Assembly: GCA_977862235.1 (NCBI GenBank)
Contig: OZ374564.1
Span: 1,674,001 to 1,738,000, forward strand
Direction of reading: 5' to 3'
From: Dudresnaya verticillata
Taxonomy: Eukaryota
Length of the DNA: 64,000 nt
How positions within the stretch are numbered: the first letter of the stretch is position 1; each line of letters opens with the position of its first letter. Both the position numbers and the translations under genes were made by a program. The notes below the pieces were generated by a model, which was given only the letters and a program-made list of their open reading frames with translations, ran no database searches and had not been told where the DNA came from. Shown here piece after piece: positions 1 to 12,300 of the stretch.

Positions 1-2
1 GG

Positions 3-873
3 TGTGGTGCAAGGGGAGGGCTGCCCCTTTTTCACTTTGAGCGTATTATATGGCAACGTCTACCGACGATACTTCAACTGCCGTTGGCGCGCGAACACGT
101 CATGGACGATTGGCCCACGGGCATACGGCCGCCGTTACCCCGCGCGGCGCGGCGCGCACGCGCACTGTACGTGCAGATCCGGATGTATCATCCCGCTCGA
201 CAAGGCAAAAGGCACACACCTGTAAGCATGGCCCGGATCCGGATCGGATCCGGATGGGACATCGGGATCCGGCATCGGGATCCACAGTGATGTAAGGTAC
301 GCGCCTGTAATGGCCGCGCGCCAGCAATGCTGGCAGGGATCTGGATCCGAATCCGGATCACTCGCACTTCTACACGCGTGCGCCTGTAAGTCACCCATTG
401 CTCGCATGCACGCCTGTAAGCTACTCCTGAGCTCCCGCTCACGCGGCTGCATGGCGACGACGACGTGTCAGACACTCAACGGCGCGACACGCGTCCTGAG
501 TCCCCGCGCACCGCGCCCGCCACCGCCGCCCGCGTAGTATATTAGGTAATCCGTCTGAGACGTTGAGTAAACCCCGGACAAGCCGGCGGTGGTCCAGACT
601 TCCCCGCTACGCACGTGCGTACCCTCCGCTACCGCTGCCTACGGCCTAAGTGTCTACCTCCCGTGCTCCCACGTTCATCACCGTCCTTGACGTGTTTCCT
701 TTTTGTTCTCTTTTGTTCTTCCTTTCCGCCCCGGGCGTTTTTCAGTCCGCCCAAGGCGTGTCAACTGCTCTACCACCAGCCGCCCAAGGTGAGGCTACTC
801 ATCGCCACGGGCGTCGCTACCCACCGAGCCCCGAACTGCTCGGCGGTGTTCCGTCTAGGACTTTTGCACCACA
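3..873 (+). repeat. 5' LTR of Gypsy element 1 (871 bp)
   Basis: Starts TGTGGTGCAA (3-12) and ends with its exact reverse complement TTGCACCACA (864-873). Followed by a TGG-initiated PBS and gag-pol. Confidence 0.9.
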
Positions 874-875
874 TC

Positions 876-893
876 TGGTCGCCCGACCTAGAA
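876..893 (+). promoter_or_regulatory. Primer-binding site of Gypsy element 1 (probably tRNA-Tyr)
   Basis: TGGTCGCCCGACCTAGAA 2 nt after the LTR; 17/18 identical to the PBS at 35134. The complement ends GA-CCA (G72/A73, typical of eukaryotic tRNA-Tyr). Confidence 0.8.
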
Positions 894-1598
894 TTGTGCT
901 TCGTTTCAACGAGTGACTCCGTCGTGTGACGTCCGACTTTCCGTCTTCAGACGTTCGACGCCAATCGTCCACGACGTTCAAGCAACTCTACGACTGCATA
1001 ATGGCCTCACAACCGCCGCTGTCGCGAGGCCCAAGTTCAAGAAGACCGTCATCGACGCCTGGGAGTGTCCCCGCGTCAGAACGGTCGCTATAGCGGATGA
1101 CAACAAGATCAGGACGCCTCGTGAGTCCGGAGATCGCGTCGACCTTCCCGACGCCACCCCGGGCCACGGTCACGCAGGCTCCCATGCGTCGCTTAACGGA
1201 GGAGAGTTACCTCCCCCGCCGACGCGCATTCCTGTTGCCGTCCGCACATCAGTCCCCGAGGGATCGGCCCTCCGCACCTACCGCTCCTACGTTGACTCGG
1301 GTGATACAGTACAAACCGAGCAACAGGGCGTCGTAGACGGAAGACAAGTCGACACCGTGAGGAACAACCGGAACTTCCGGATCAAGAAACCATCCCCGTC
1401 AGCAACTATCAGAGGCACTCCGCGGATCGCAACGTCGCTGAAGACCCATTAACACCTGGGGCATGCTGCCCCGCTCCCCACGGCAGCGCCGGTTGCTCGC
1501 CGGCTAAGCCGAAGTCGCCAAGCCAAAGGGCTGCAGGAACGCCCAACCGGTCAACCCCCGAAAGCCATCCGCCAACGGCGTCACCCTCGGCCGTCCCC

Positions 1599-3576
1599 GT
1601 GAGCAACTTAACGATACCACGCGAACGGATCCGAGAGGTATGTGTCTTGGAAGACGATGATCTGCTCGCAAGGTTCGCCGGTTTGCCAGACGACAGTGTC
1701 GGAGGAATCGCAAGTCGTCTACAGACGTTGGAAGAGGATCGGTACGGCGCCCTACAAGGGCTTCGCTCCGATCTTGACCGTCTATTGACGAACCAAAACG
1801 CCCATGGCGAAGGTACCCAACCACCGCCGGCAGTCACGGTCCATTCGCACTCTGCGCTTAGCTCACGCGAATGCTTTCAGCGACTGGCGACTCGCTTAGA
1901 GCGTCTTGAAACCGCCAAGTGGCGCAACGGTACACCGTTGGGTGGCGAGAGATTGTGCGAAGACCGTCACAGACGCAAGGATCGGAAGAGACGCCGTCGT
2001 AAGCTGCGTCATAGACGGAAGAAGAACCGTCATCGACGTGGGGATTCATCCCCGTCCTCTTCGGACTCATCAAGTGACGGAGATTCATCCGACTCTTCGT
2101 CTGAAGACGACGACTTTCCAGCTCTCGGCAGTGCCGCAAGACCTCGCGGAAAGCGGTTCAAGGGATTGAAGGAGCTACGCCCCTCCAACCCCCTCTTCGA
2201 TCAGCTACTATCGTATAGGACTTATCGTCTCCAAGACGTAGGTCCGAAACGCTCAGGGCGCGACACGGGTAAGGTCGAGGACCATATTAAGCGCCTGGAG
2301 CTGACTATGAAGGACGCCGCCTTCAACGGTAGCGACCCCGTCATGGTCCTGGAGTTCCTAACGCGTTTCGCTGATAAAGCCGATACGCTGGAGATGAGCG
2401 AAGCCCAAGCGTTTGTCGCATTGCCGTACTTCTTTTGAGGTACGGCAGCCACGCAATTCCGCTCCGTCAAGTCGACGACTTCTCGCCATCGCGGCGGGGT
2501 GTCCACAAGAACACCCCGCCGCCGTATCCGGAGGCGGTACAGTACCTCCTCTGTACGTATGCTACGCCAGCGGCGATCAGGGACGCTGTCCTCGCCCTAC
2601 GGTCGACCGTCCAGAAGCAAGGCGAGGACGAGACTACCTATGGGATGCGGCTAGCCGGTGCGTGTATTCGTTGCGGTAACGTATATCCAGATTGGGAAAA
2701 GATGACGCTGTACATCGACGGGTTAGACCCATCCATCAGGTCCCTGGTCGCTCGCTTCCGAGAAAAAGTGCCAAGGGAGGAGTTGTCATTTGAGCGGCTG
2801 GTCCACTTCGCACAGGACGAAGGGGATGCCAACCGCGCACGACACGGCAGGGCCGGTTCCGCGTCAGCACGAAGAGACATACTGACACGCTCAAGCCGTA
2901 CGCACGTCCCGACCCGCCATCGGCGATGCCCGAGGTGTGCTGCGTCCACAGACGCGAGGCGCGAAGCCTGGAGCGCGCGCTATAATAGCGGAGTCCTCCG
3001 TCGAGTTCCGAGAGGCTAGCCGCCCTGTAGATGACATGGAGACACACGCCGATGGCGATCTATACTTGGCAGACGAGCAAGCGTCGGTGCCAACTTCGGC
3101 TCTACCAACGGACAGCTACGTCGATGACGAATACGCAAGGGATATGGACCCCGCTCTCGCCTTTGGGCGCTCGGTCGTACCCGCGCCACGCGTTCCCTAT
3201 TCCGATTATGTCCCTCACGTTCACCGAGCAGGACCCGGATAGCAGGACAGAGGTCCGCCCCGTCAAGACGCGCGTCGGCAGCTGGTATGCCACAAATGTT
3301 ACGCTCGTGGACACATCGCGCCGGACTGCTTCCTCCGCATGAGCGACTTCATGAAGGTTATTACCAACTATGAAGGACTAACCGAAGCCGAGAAGGCTGG
3401 TGTCCCCAGCTGATGCGTATGTCCGTTGCAAGGAACGCGCGACTCGAGACGCTGCTCGTCGTGCTGCACGACCACAATCGCCAAGAGGCGGACCCATACC
3501 GCACGCGGCAGAACGTCATCCGACAATGATCAATCGCTACGTAGCGCCACAACCACCGCCGCAGGCGAAAAACTAA
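1599..3576 (+). pseudogene. gag: Gypsy gag, disrupted by stops and frameshifts
   Basis: Basic/Ser-rich region, then SYRTYRL...FNGSDPVMVLEFLTRF...YPEAVQYLLCTYA...YIDGLDP, collinear with the gag at 35292-37879. CCHC knuckle fragment near 3285-3330 (CHKCYARGHIAPDC). Confidence 0.85.
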
Positions 3577-6470
3577 CTCGGGCTCCGAATCCTGACACTG
3601 GGGTGTCACACCGCGAGGAGAGGCCTAAGCCTCGGATGCTGACACGGAAGGAGGGCCACAAGTTAGTTACTGATGACGCCAGCGGGCAGATAGAGTCGTT
3701 ACAGACGTCATTAAAACGCCCATGGCGAAGGTACCAGCCCCCCCAGGCGCGGGGACAGTTGTTCGTAATGGCCAAAAGGAACTACAAGGTGTACGCCGAC
3801 TTGGGCGCAACCATTAGTACCTTGGTACGTAAACGTACTGTCTTCAACACGGGGGCCGGTCCGAATTTCATTCGCATTGACGACATTCCGCTGGAAGCGC
3901 GATCACGCATCGTGGCAAAAAGCCTCCCCGTCATAGCCGACGCCGACAATAAGGCGATCCAGACAAGAGGCACCATCGAACTGGTCGTTCGTTTGGGACG
4001 GCGAGTCGTCAAGTTGTAACTGATCGTTTGCGAAAGACTCGCTACGCCGGTTATACTCGGCTGCGACTTTTGCGACCGTTTTGTCGAAGCAATATATCCG
4101 CGAAGTCGCGAGGTCGAATTGGACGACGGGACTCGTGTCCCTATAACGCGCCACCCCCTGCGCCAACCCCCGTCGTATCCCCCGTTACCAACGGAACATG
4201 AATACGGCAAGGCACAAGGAAGGACGTCGCCCAAGATGCGAGTAACAGAGCGCACGATCATCCCGCCTAAGGCGCAGCAATGGGTATCGGTTACCACCGA
4301 GCGCGCCGGCGTCATCGCAATTCAACCGTTCGGAACGCTGTACGACAAACAAGGTCTGGCTGTTACGAACGGGATCGCTCAAGTGGAGCCGCTAAAAGTG
4401 TTTCGCATTTTGGTTGCCAACTTCTCTCCCCGCACGCAAGCGTTGGCCAAGGGCCAAGTCGTCGCGACGGCGTTACCACATCCGACAGCAGTGTTCCCCA
4501 GTCACGTAAGTCTAGACGATGTTCTGGGCCTCACCGAGGAGCAGGAGAGGGCAAACCATGATTTAAGTTTTCAAACGAACGATAATACTACGGCACAGCC
4601 GGATACTTTCACGAAGTCGATCGAGGCAACCACTTCCAAGCCTCCATCAGTAGACGATTTGGACCTGGGACATCTCCCCGCCGAGCATCAAGGCCGGCTC
4701 AAGGAGATATTACGCAAGTATTCGTCTATGTGGGACGGTTCGTTGGGAGAAATTTCAACCACGGAGCACTACATCGACTTGCTTCCCGGCTCTAGGCCGA
4801 TATCGTCCCCGCCTTACCGAGCGGGGCCGAAGCAAAGACGACTCGCTCAAGCGGAAGTGGACCGCATGCTGTGTCAAGGGGTCATTGAACCCGCACAATC
4901 GCCGAGGGCGTCACCAGTGGTCTTCGCCCCCAAGAAGGATGGAACCCTCCGCTTTCGCGTAGACTACCGCCGTTCAAATGCAGTAACCATACGGGATACT
5001 ACCCGCTTCCGCGTATTGACGAGTGCATTGACAGTCTAGGGGAGCGAAACGTCTTCACCACCCTAGAATGTAACAGTGGGTACTGGCAGGTGCCGATCAA
5101 TGCGCGAGACCGCGATAAGACCGCGTTCTCGTGCCACGCCTGACTGTTCCGCTATAAGCGTATGCCTTTCGGTCTCTCGAACGCACACGCTACGTTTCAA
5201 CGAACGTTTGACATACTGCTCGCTGGTTACAAGTGGCGTTCGTGCCTCGTCTACCTTGACGACGTCATAATCTTCTCCAACGACATCGACAGTCACTTCG
5301 GTCATGTTGACGAGATCCTTTGGACACTGCACCGCGCCGGGGTGACCCTGAAGTTGGCCAAGTGTGACTTCTTCACCCCGACCGTCAACTACTTGGGTCA
5401 CGTCATACGTCCAGGACGTTTAGAAGTTGACCGAACTGTCACTGCCGCGCTACGCGAAGCCAAGCATCCACGGGATCATAAGGAGCTACGGAGCTTCCTC
5501 GGCCTTTGTAACGTCTACAGACGGTTCGTGTCGCGATACGCGCATGTCGCTGCCCCCCTCAACAAGTTGTTGAGGAAGGAACAGGACTTTCGGTTACAAC
5601 CGTTCAATGAGACACAAGCCAAAGCGTTCAGTACGCTCGTCGAGGCCGTGACTCATCCGTCTATACTGGTGCTACCACAGCAGGGTCTCCCCTATTCCGT
5701 CGATTGTGACGCAAGCGAGTATCAAGTCGGCTGTGCTCTCTTTCAAACGCAGCCCGACGGCGAACGGAAGCCACTTGGCTTCTGTTCCCGCTCGCTCACC
5801 GCTGCAGAGCGTAACTACTCGGTCTCCGAAAAGGAGTGCCTAGCAGTAGTATGGTCCGTCATGACGTTGCGACCTTATCACGAGATGGAGTCATTCACCG
5901 TGCATACGGACCATTCGTCGTTGAGGTGGCTGATGGAAATCAGCGACCCCTCTGGACGCTTAATGCGGTGGCGCCTTCGCCTCTCTGAGTTAGACTTCGT
6001 CGTGAAGTACAAAAAGGGGTACCTGAATACTCAGGCAGATACCCTTTCGCGTCTACAGACGAAGGGGAAACCGTCGAGCCCATTGACCATGATATACCAT
6101 GCTATCACGGAAGTTACGTCGAAGAAGGCCATCAAACGTCACAAGACGATGTGTCAGACGCCGAAGGCGAGGTCAACTTCTCCGAACGAGAGTTCGAAGA
6201 GTTCGACCAAGTGTTGATCAACAACACGCCACCGGCGGATGAGGTAATCCTTCGTCAAGTGACGCATGAAGAGTTGGTACACGCCCAAGGCAATGACCAA
6301 TACTGTAAAGAAATCAGGAAGCGTCTGGACGACGGGATCATCTTAACGTTCGCAACGGATTAACAGGGCCTGTTGGTCCTAACAGTAGAAGCCCTCCCGT
6401 AAGTGGTCGTACCCTCCGCGTTACGCGCTCGCTTACTCCACCTTCGGCACCACGCCAAGTTGGCAGCGTT
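3567..6470 (+). pseudogene. pol: Gypsy pol (protease, RT, RNase H), disrupted
   Basis: VFNTGAGPNFI (protease D changed to N), SPVVFAPKKDGTLRF, MPFGL, YLDD, YLGH, LRSFLGLCNVYRRF, CDASEYQVG, ERNYSVSEKECLA, TDHSSL. Several frameshifts and stops. Confidence 0.92.
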
Positions 6471-7736
6471 GTCCAAAGCAACCATCAACGTTGGAGCGAG
6501 GAAGAAGATCCGTGAATCACTTATGCAATCTTGAGTAACGAAGCCATTATAATGTTGTAAAGTCGCATCCGTTAGGGGAGAGGAGCAGGACATCGGTAGA
6601 GCGAAAATGTGCCCGTAAAGGACCGGCGTTGAGGTGGTACGCTACGTAGGTGATATGGATTCGGAATAGGTTCTGCGTTTGTGGGGTGTGAAGACCTGGT
6701 GAGCAATACTGGTATTGCTTTTTGGGGTATTCGCCGGATAGAAACTTTACAACTGTTCCTTACGCAACAGAATTGGGCCCAGGCAGAAACCTATGCGTTT
6801 TTCGGCGTACGGTTACGGGAGATATCTGTTTGCAAGGTGGGTTAATATCCATTGACGAAAACTTATACACGTTTTCAGATCTCGCATTATTATTTTCCAT
6901 TAAACTGATATTGGTCTCGAGAGATCCGAAAACCTGTTAGTCAATACTGGTATTGCCTTTTGCGTTCTCTTGTGCGTCTCAAACTGAAACCTATTCCGCC
7001 GCCTCGTACCCGTCGACTTCGAGGGCTCGCTCCCACAGCCATACAGCACACCTGCATCCCCAAGCACGCCGCTTCATGTACCCAGTTCCCGTCATGTCGC
7101 CATCGCAAACCGCCCCTTGGAGGGGCATTTAAAGGCCAACGCGGTGCGAAATGAAGAATTCTGTTCTTGGCAGTCTTGCGTATTGCACTTCAGGTCGGGA
7201 GCGAAGCCTTTCCGAGTGTTCCTGGGTCCACACGGACTCCAAAGTTCTCGCAAAACCCAGCGCAGAGATACAGACTCTTCGAAATTCGAAGAGTCTGCGG
7301 CCCTTCAAGGGAAGCATCCCTTCATATTCTTGCGAAAAGGAACCTTCCTTCCGCGAACTAACACCAATATCGCCACGCATTCTCGCATGCTTGAGCTCAT
7401 CGGAATCGGGATTCTGTCTGTGGTCCGACCGCGGACCTTTATGCGTCCCGAGCACAGACAACATGCGCCGTACGACTTAGAAGGAGCACATCGTGTTCGC
7501 ATACGAACTTCAATCGTCGATCGCGAAAGAAGGAATTTGTACGGACTCAGATCAATGTGGGTTTGGTTCTGATTAGGGTGTACAGACGCGTGTACAGCAG
7601 CCTGTTTTTCTCGTCATAATTGTTCACCACTTTTCTTCACTGCGCAGCATCGTGATCAGCTTTACTTCTACGCAAGTACGTCTCGTGGCGTATTGAGCTA
7701 ACTGCGACAAGAACCGGAACTTTTTCGCACCCAAAC

Positions 7737-8752
7737 ATGGCAGGGGGAGACGAAGGAAGAGCGCTGCAGTGCCTGGCGACGAAAGAACCGGTATGAGAGT
7801 CCCAGAGGCAGCAACGGCGCTGTTCGCGGAGGTGATTGATGGGTCTGTCAACATCCGCGTCGATCCGAAGGCATGCGTCCCGCTGACAGATATACGGCCT
7901 ATTGTCCGTTCTCGTGCTGGAAGACTGAAGGTCATATTCCGCGGAGACCCAAACCCACATTCGGGATCCTCGAACACCGGCTTCGTAGCTGGATCGGACG
8001 CACCGATACTTGTGAAGCTTTCCGGTACTCTACGTCGTTACACCATGACTTATCTCGGAGCCAAGCAGAATCCTGACGGCTCAACCCTCTCGGAGCAGCA
8101 GGTGAAGGAGGCTTATGAAGCGCGTTCTGAGTGGTATGGGATTGTGGACGGGCTGCACAGAGTTACGGCTCTACTCGAACTTTGAGAGGAAGATTACCAC
8201 AAATTGAAACAGTTCGCACTTCCAGTCACCGTGTTGAAAGGAGGGCACAACATTCAATTGCTTCGGCAACTGGCCAGACCTCAGAACAAGAAACATGATC
8301 CCGTGTTCTATATGGAGACGACATGTTTCGATGTGATGAGGGGGCTGAGAGAAGAGGCAGACGGACTGACGGCTCTACGTAATGGGAAGGCCCCAACTTC
8401 TGTCGCTGTCGCACCTGCGTAAGATGGGTGCAAACACCTCACGGATAACACTATTATGCAAACAGCAGGCATGGTACTTCGTCTGCACACGAGAACGATC
8501 GCAGAGCTCGGGAAGATAATGAACGAGGAGTTACCAGAGATGGCCTCGCGTCACCAACTGCACGCTTCCGGGAGTGCTGTGGATAAGATGAAAGCAGTGC
8601 AAGCTGTAGATTGACGAGTGCCCAGGCGTTTCGCACACATATCAACTTTGCGGTCATCACGACCGTTCAAGAACGCAGGGGTTTCCGACGAGGGCGTAGA
8701 AATACAGATTAGGACTCTGTACCATCTGCGGGAACTGTCCAGAGCCCATCAT
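7737..8752 (+). pseudogene. ParB/Srx-like domain gene, paralog A (decayed, 3'-truncated)
   Basis: VDPKACVPLTDIRP...WYGIVDGLHRVTAL (ParB-type DGxHR box). Collinear over ~330 codons with the gene at 9334. In-frame stops at 8183-8185 and 8420-8422. Confidence 0.75.
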
Positions 8753-9333
8753 TGTAAGGGGCGGGCGGAATCGGGCTCAGTCCAAGGATCCCTTGTCACG
8801 TGCGACACTGTGACGGCATGTGGCGCCAACTGAATCAGCATCAGATGCGTGTCGAACAATGGACGGTTGCCCGACAATTGATGGGTGATGCAAGACTGCA
8901 TACTGGGGGATGCAGTTTCAGGGACAGAACCACGAGGTGGAAGTGAATACATGCTAGTAGTCGGTGTGACGTCGGGTCACCTGTTGCGTTTAACATAATT
9001 CCGGCGAAAGCTACTGTCCAAGGACTGCAGACCCCCTCATAGTAGTCACATCCTGGTCGGGTTTCGCAGTCCTGAGACTGGAGCGTTTAGTACCGAGACT
9101 GTAGCATGTATCTGTCCACGATTGGTATGAGCGGAATGCATGCACAATGACAGCGGCTGAGTCACATGGTTTTAATTTAATGCACATTCTTTCTCTCATG
9201 CAGTGGGAAACGTTGTACATGCATGTATGGAGCAAGGGCGGAAAGCTGTGTCCGACAGAGGCAGTAGTCAGAATTCATTCAGACATCCCATCCAGAACTT
9301 CGGCTTACCGGTGCACACGATAGCCTGATAAAT

Positions 9334-12300
9334 ATGCCACCGAAAAAGAAGAAGGGAGTGGCGGTGAGGTCTGTATCCAACACAGGACAGACCTCATCAG
9401 ACATAAGAGCGCCTTTATCATCTGGGAATGATAGATTTCTGTTCGGATATGTCGTTAATGGAGCTACGCACAAGCGAGTTGACCCTCATTCATGTGTCCC
9501 GTTGACCTACGTCCGCCCGATCTGCAGATCGGGCGTCGAGCGATTGAAGCGCATTTTCCGGGGGGCCGACCGGTACAGTTCAGGGACATTGAAGTCTCCC
9601 GTGGAAGTAGCTCCGGACTCTATCGGTTACGTGGCTGGTAGTGATATGCCTGTCGTTGTGCCATTGACAGGGGCATTGAGAAGCCGTCTGTCCGATTATT
9701 TCAGATCACAAACAAGGAAGGACTGTATGCGTCGTTCCGAGAAAGAATTTCAGGACATTGTGAAATCGAGGGGGAAATGGTACGGAGTAGTTGATGGCAT
9801 GCATAGATTGGCAGCTATTTGTGGCATAGACGTCAGGTCGAACTGACGTCTAGCTGCGCTGATCGATCAGTCGCACCCAGACCCGTCGAAGGGTGGTAGC
9901 TGTGGTGGTAGAGCGGTGGTGTCGGCCGCGCGCGCCGTCGACGGTCGCAGATCAACGGCGTCGAAGCCTGAGCGGGCACGGGGCGTACCGTACGCGGGCG
10001 GCAGCGGCCGGATCCCTGCGTCCCCGTCGTGGGGTGGCACGAAGCCGACGGTAGGGAAAGGAAAAGGAAAGCCTAGACGGCTAGGGAAAGAGGGAAGCCG
10101 TAGGGCGAAGGACTGGGAAAGAAACCCAAAGCAGAAAGGGCAAGCCTGACGTAGGCTGGCTTGCCTGATTTACTGAAGCTCAGAGGGGCGACTACTAGAT
10201 ATACTACAGGGCCTGCGGCGGCACCAACCCGGGAGGTGCGCCGGCGCGCCCCAACACGCGTCGACGCGTACGGGTAGCGGTAACCCGGGGGCGCGCGTAG
10301 GCGGAACGGTCCACACGTACTCAACGGCTCGACGCCGGAGTGCGCGCGCGCGTGTCACGCACTCAACGGCTCTGCGCCGGAGTGCGTGCGCACAGCGCGC
10401 GGGACAGCAGGGCGTTCGACCGCCGCTTACACTAGAGGGTGCTGTACACTTACAAAACAATAGACGTAGAAATTACATGGGACTTTCAGTGTCACACGCG
10501 AACGCGTGTACACGTGGGCGCCACTGCGCACTCCCTTACAGTTCAGCGGGGCTTCGGCTCCACCGGCTGACAGCGTGCGCACAGCAGTGCACACGTGGCG
10601 CAGCTGGTCTTACAGCTGCGCGTGCGTGGCACAGCTGGTCTTACAGCTATGCCACACAATTCATGAGCTGCTTGAAGAAAACTACAACCAGTGGAAAACC
10701 TTTTACTGGCCTGTGCTGGAGCTGAACTCGCGGACCGACCTGGTGGTCCTGAAGCAATTCGCTAGACATCAGAATCGTAAGCACGAGGCAAACTGCTTCG
10801 TGGAAACTACCCTGTAATAACACATTGAAGGGTCTGAAAGATGAGGCTGATCGCCTTCAAGCGGAGGGAAATGGTATCAAGCCCACAGCAAAAGCGGTTG
10901 CGTCCGCTTATAATGGGTGTTCATATGTAAGAGAACACAGTGAAGCAGACAGCGCAAGTAGCTCTCCGACTAAGTCATCGTGTCATCGATGCGATAGGGG
11001 AGATATTGGGGAAGAAATACCGCAGCTTGCATTGGCTTCACGAAATGGATGAACTGCTAAATCAGTAGCAGACGATGCCCTGATGTCGTCGATGGACTGC
11101 CGGGTTTTCCGGACGTTTATTACTCTGAACTCACTGAAGGCTGCCACAGAGTTCATGCGCGCGGGCCAAATGAGTGGCGTGGTACATAATGAGGGTGTGG
11201 AAGTCCAGGTCTCGATACTCTACCGCATTCGAGAAGTATGCAGGAGGAACGGGTTCAGGCTCGTTCTTTACGGGGTCACCAAATCAGAGTTCGGGAAGGC
11301 TAAAGATGCGCTAGCAGAGGTTCGAAAATTCGAAGGCCTTCGTGAATCTGAGGACTGGCCGGGTCCCATGGACACGATGCGGAAAATCTTCTGCGATCCC
11401 AAAAGTTTGATGGCGATATCATGCTTAACAGGGGCAACGACACATTGATTTTGCAATGCATTCTGGATATGTACAAGGACTGTTGTCCGGAAGAAGCACC
11501 CCTGAAGATTCACAAGTACAATTCTGTTAGAGATAGGAACAGAAAGGAGTGCGATGAAGAGAAGAATTTAGACCGGGAGTGTGTGAATGAGATTACGACC
11601 GGAGTGCAAGATTCAGGGGGGGTCAATTCCGATCAGGTAACAACTGCTGGAAACAAGGACCATCCCTCTGACGGACAGATCGAACACGATGACGTTCCCT
11701 CTCCTTCTCTGAACGTAGATTCGTTACCTTGCAGTCGAGACCTCGGTTCTACCGGAGACCATCACAATCATGATGCAGAAGATGTACAGGGATCGGCTGT
11801 AAAATCTGCTGTGACGGTGAGCACGGAAAAATCGGAGAGGCTGGCTGTGCGTGGGGACAAGAACGGACCTGACGACCATTTGCAAGCTGATATCTTGAAG
11901 GCGTACAGAATAACCTGCCATCAGATGCGGTGGCAGGTATACAATAAGAATATTAGTGAGGGTGTTGGTGACCTATACGACATAGTTCTTACCGACACAC
12001 CGTATGGAACGCCTGCATCACAGTCTGGTGCAGGGAAACAGTACGACAACTATATGAGTGATTCTGAAATATCCGAGCTTGCAGAAATGTGCAGGAAATC
12101 CGTTGTACCGGGAGGGTGGGTGTTCATGTTCGTGTCCTACCAGACATTCGAACCTATAAGGCAGGCTCTTCTGAATGCCGGATTCACTTGCCCAACGTAC
12201 GCATTTTCGATTGCAGAGGATACACACACGGTGCAGGAGAGGCGAGGAAATGACTGTCCCCAAAATGGCCACGAAATTGCCGTCATGGGAAGAGCCCCAG

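Larger units (their letters stand above)
3..6470 (+). mobile_element. Ty3/Gypsy LTR retrotransposon 1, degenerate and 3'-truncated (no integrase core, no 3' LTR)
   Basis: LTR-PBS-gag-PR-RT-RH order. Homology breaks off at the start of integrase (...LLHLRHHAKLAA, ~6470). Confidence 0.9.

Noticed and set aside
8753..9300. Possible LTR insertion starting TGTAAGGGG that truncates ParB paralog A
   Set aside because: No matching inverted terminus or TSD found.
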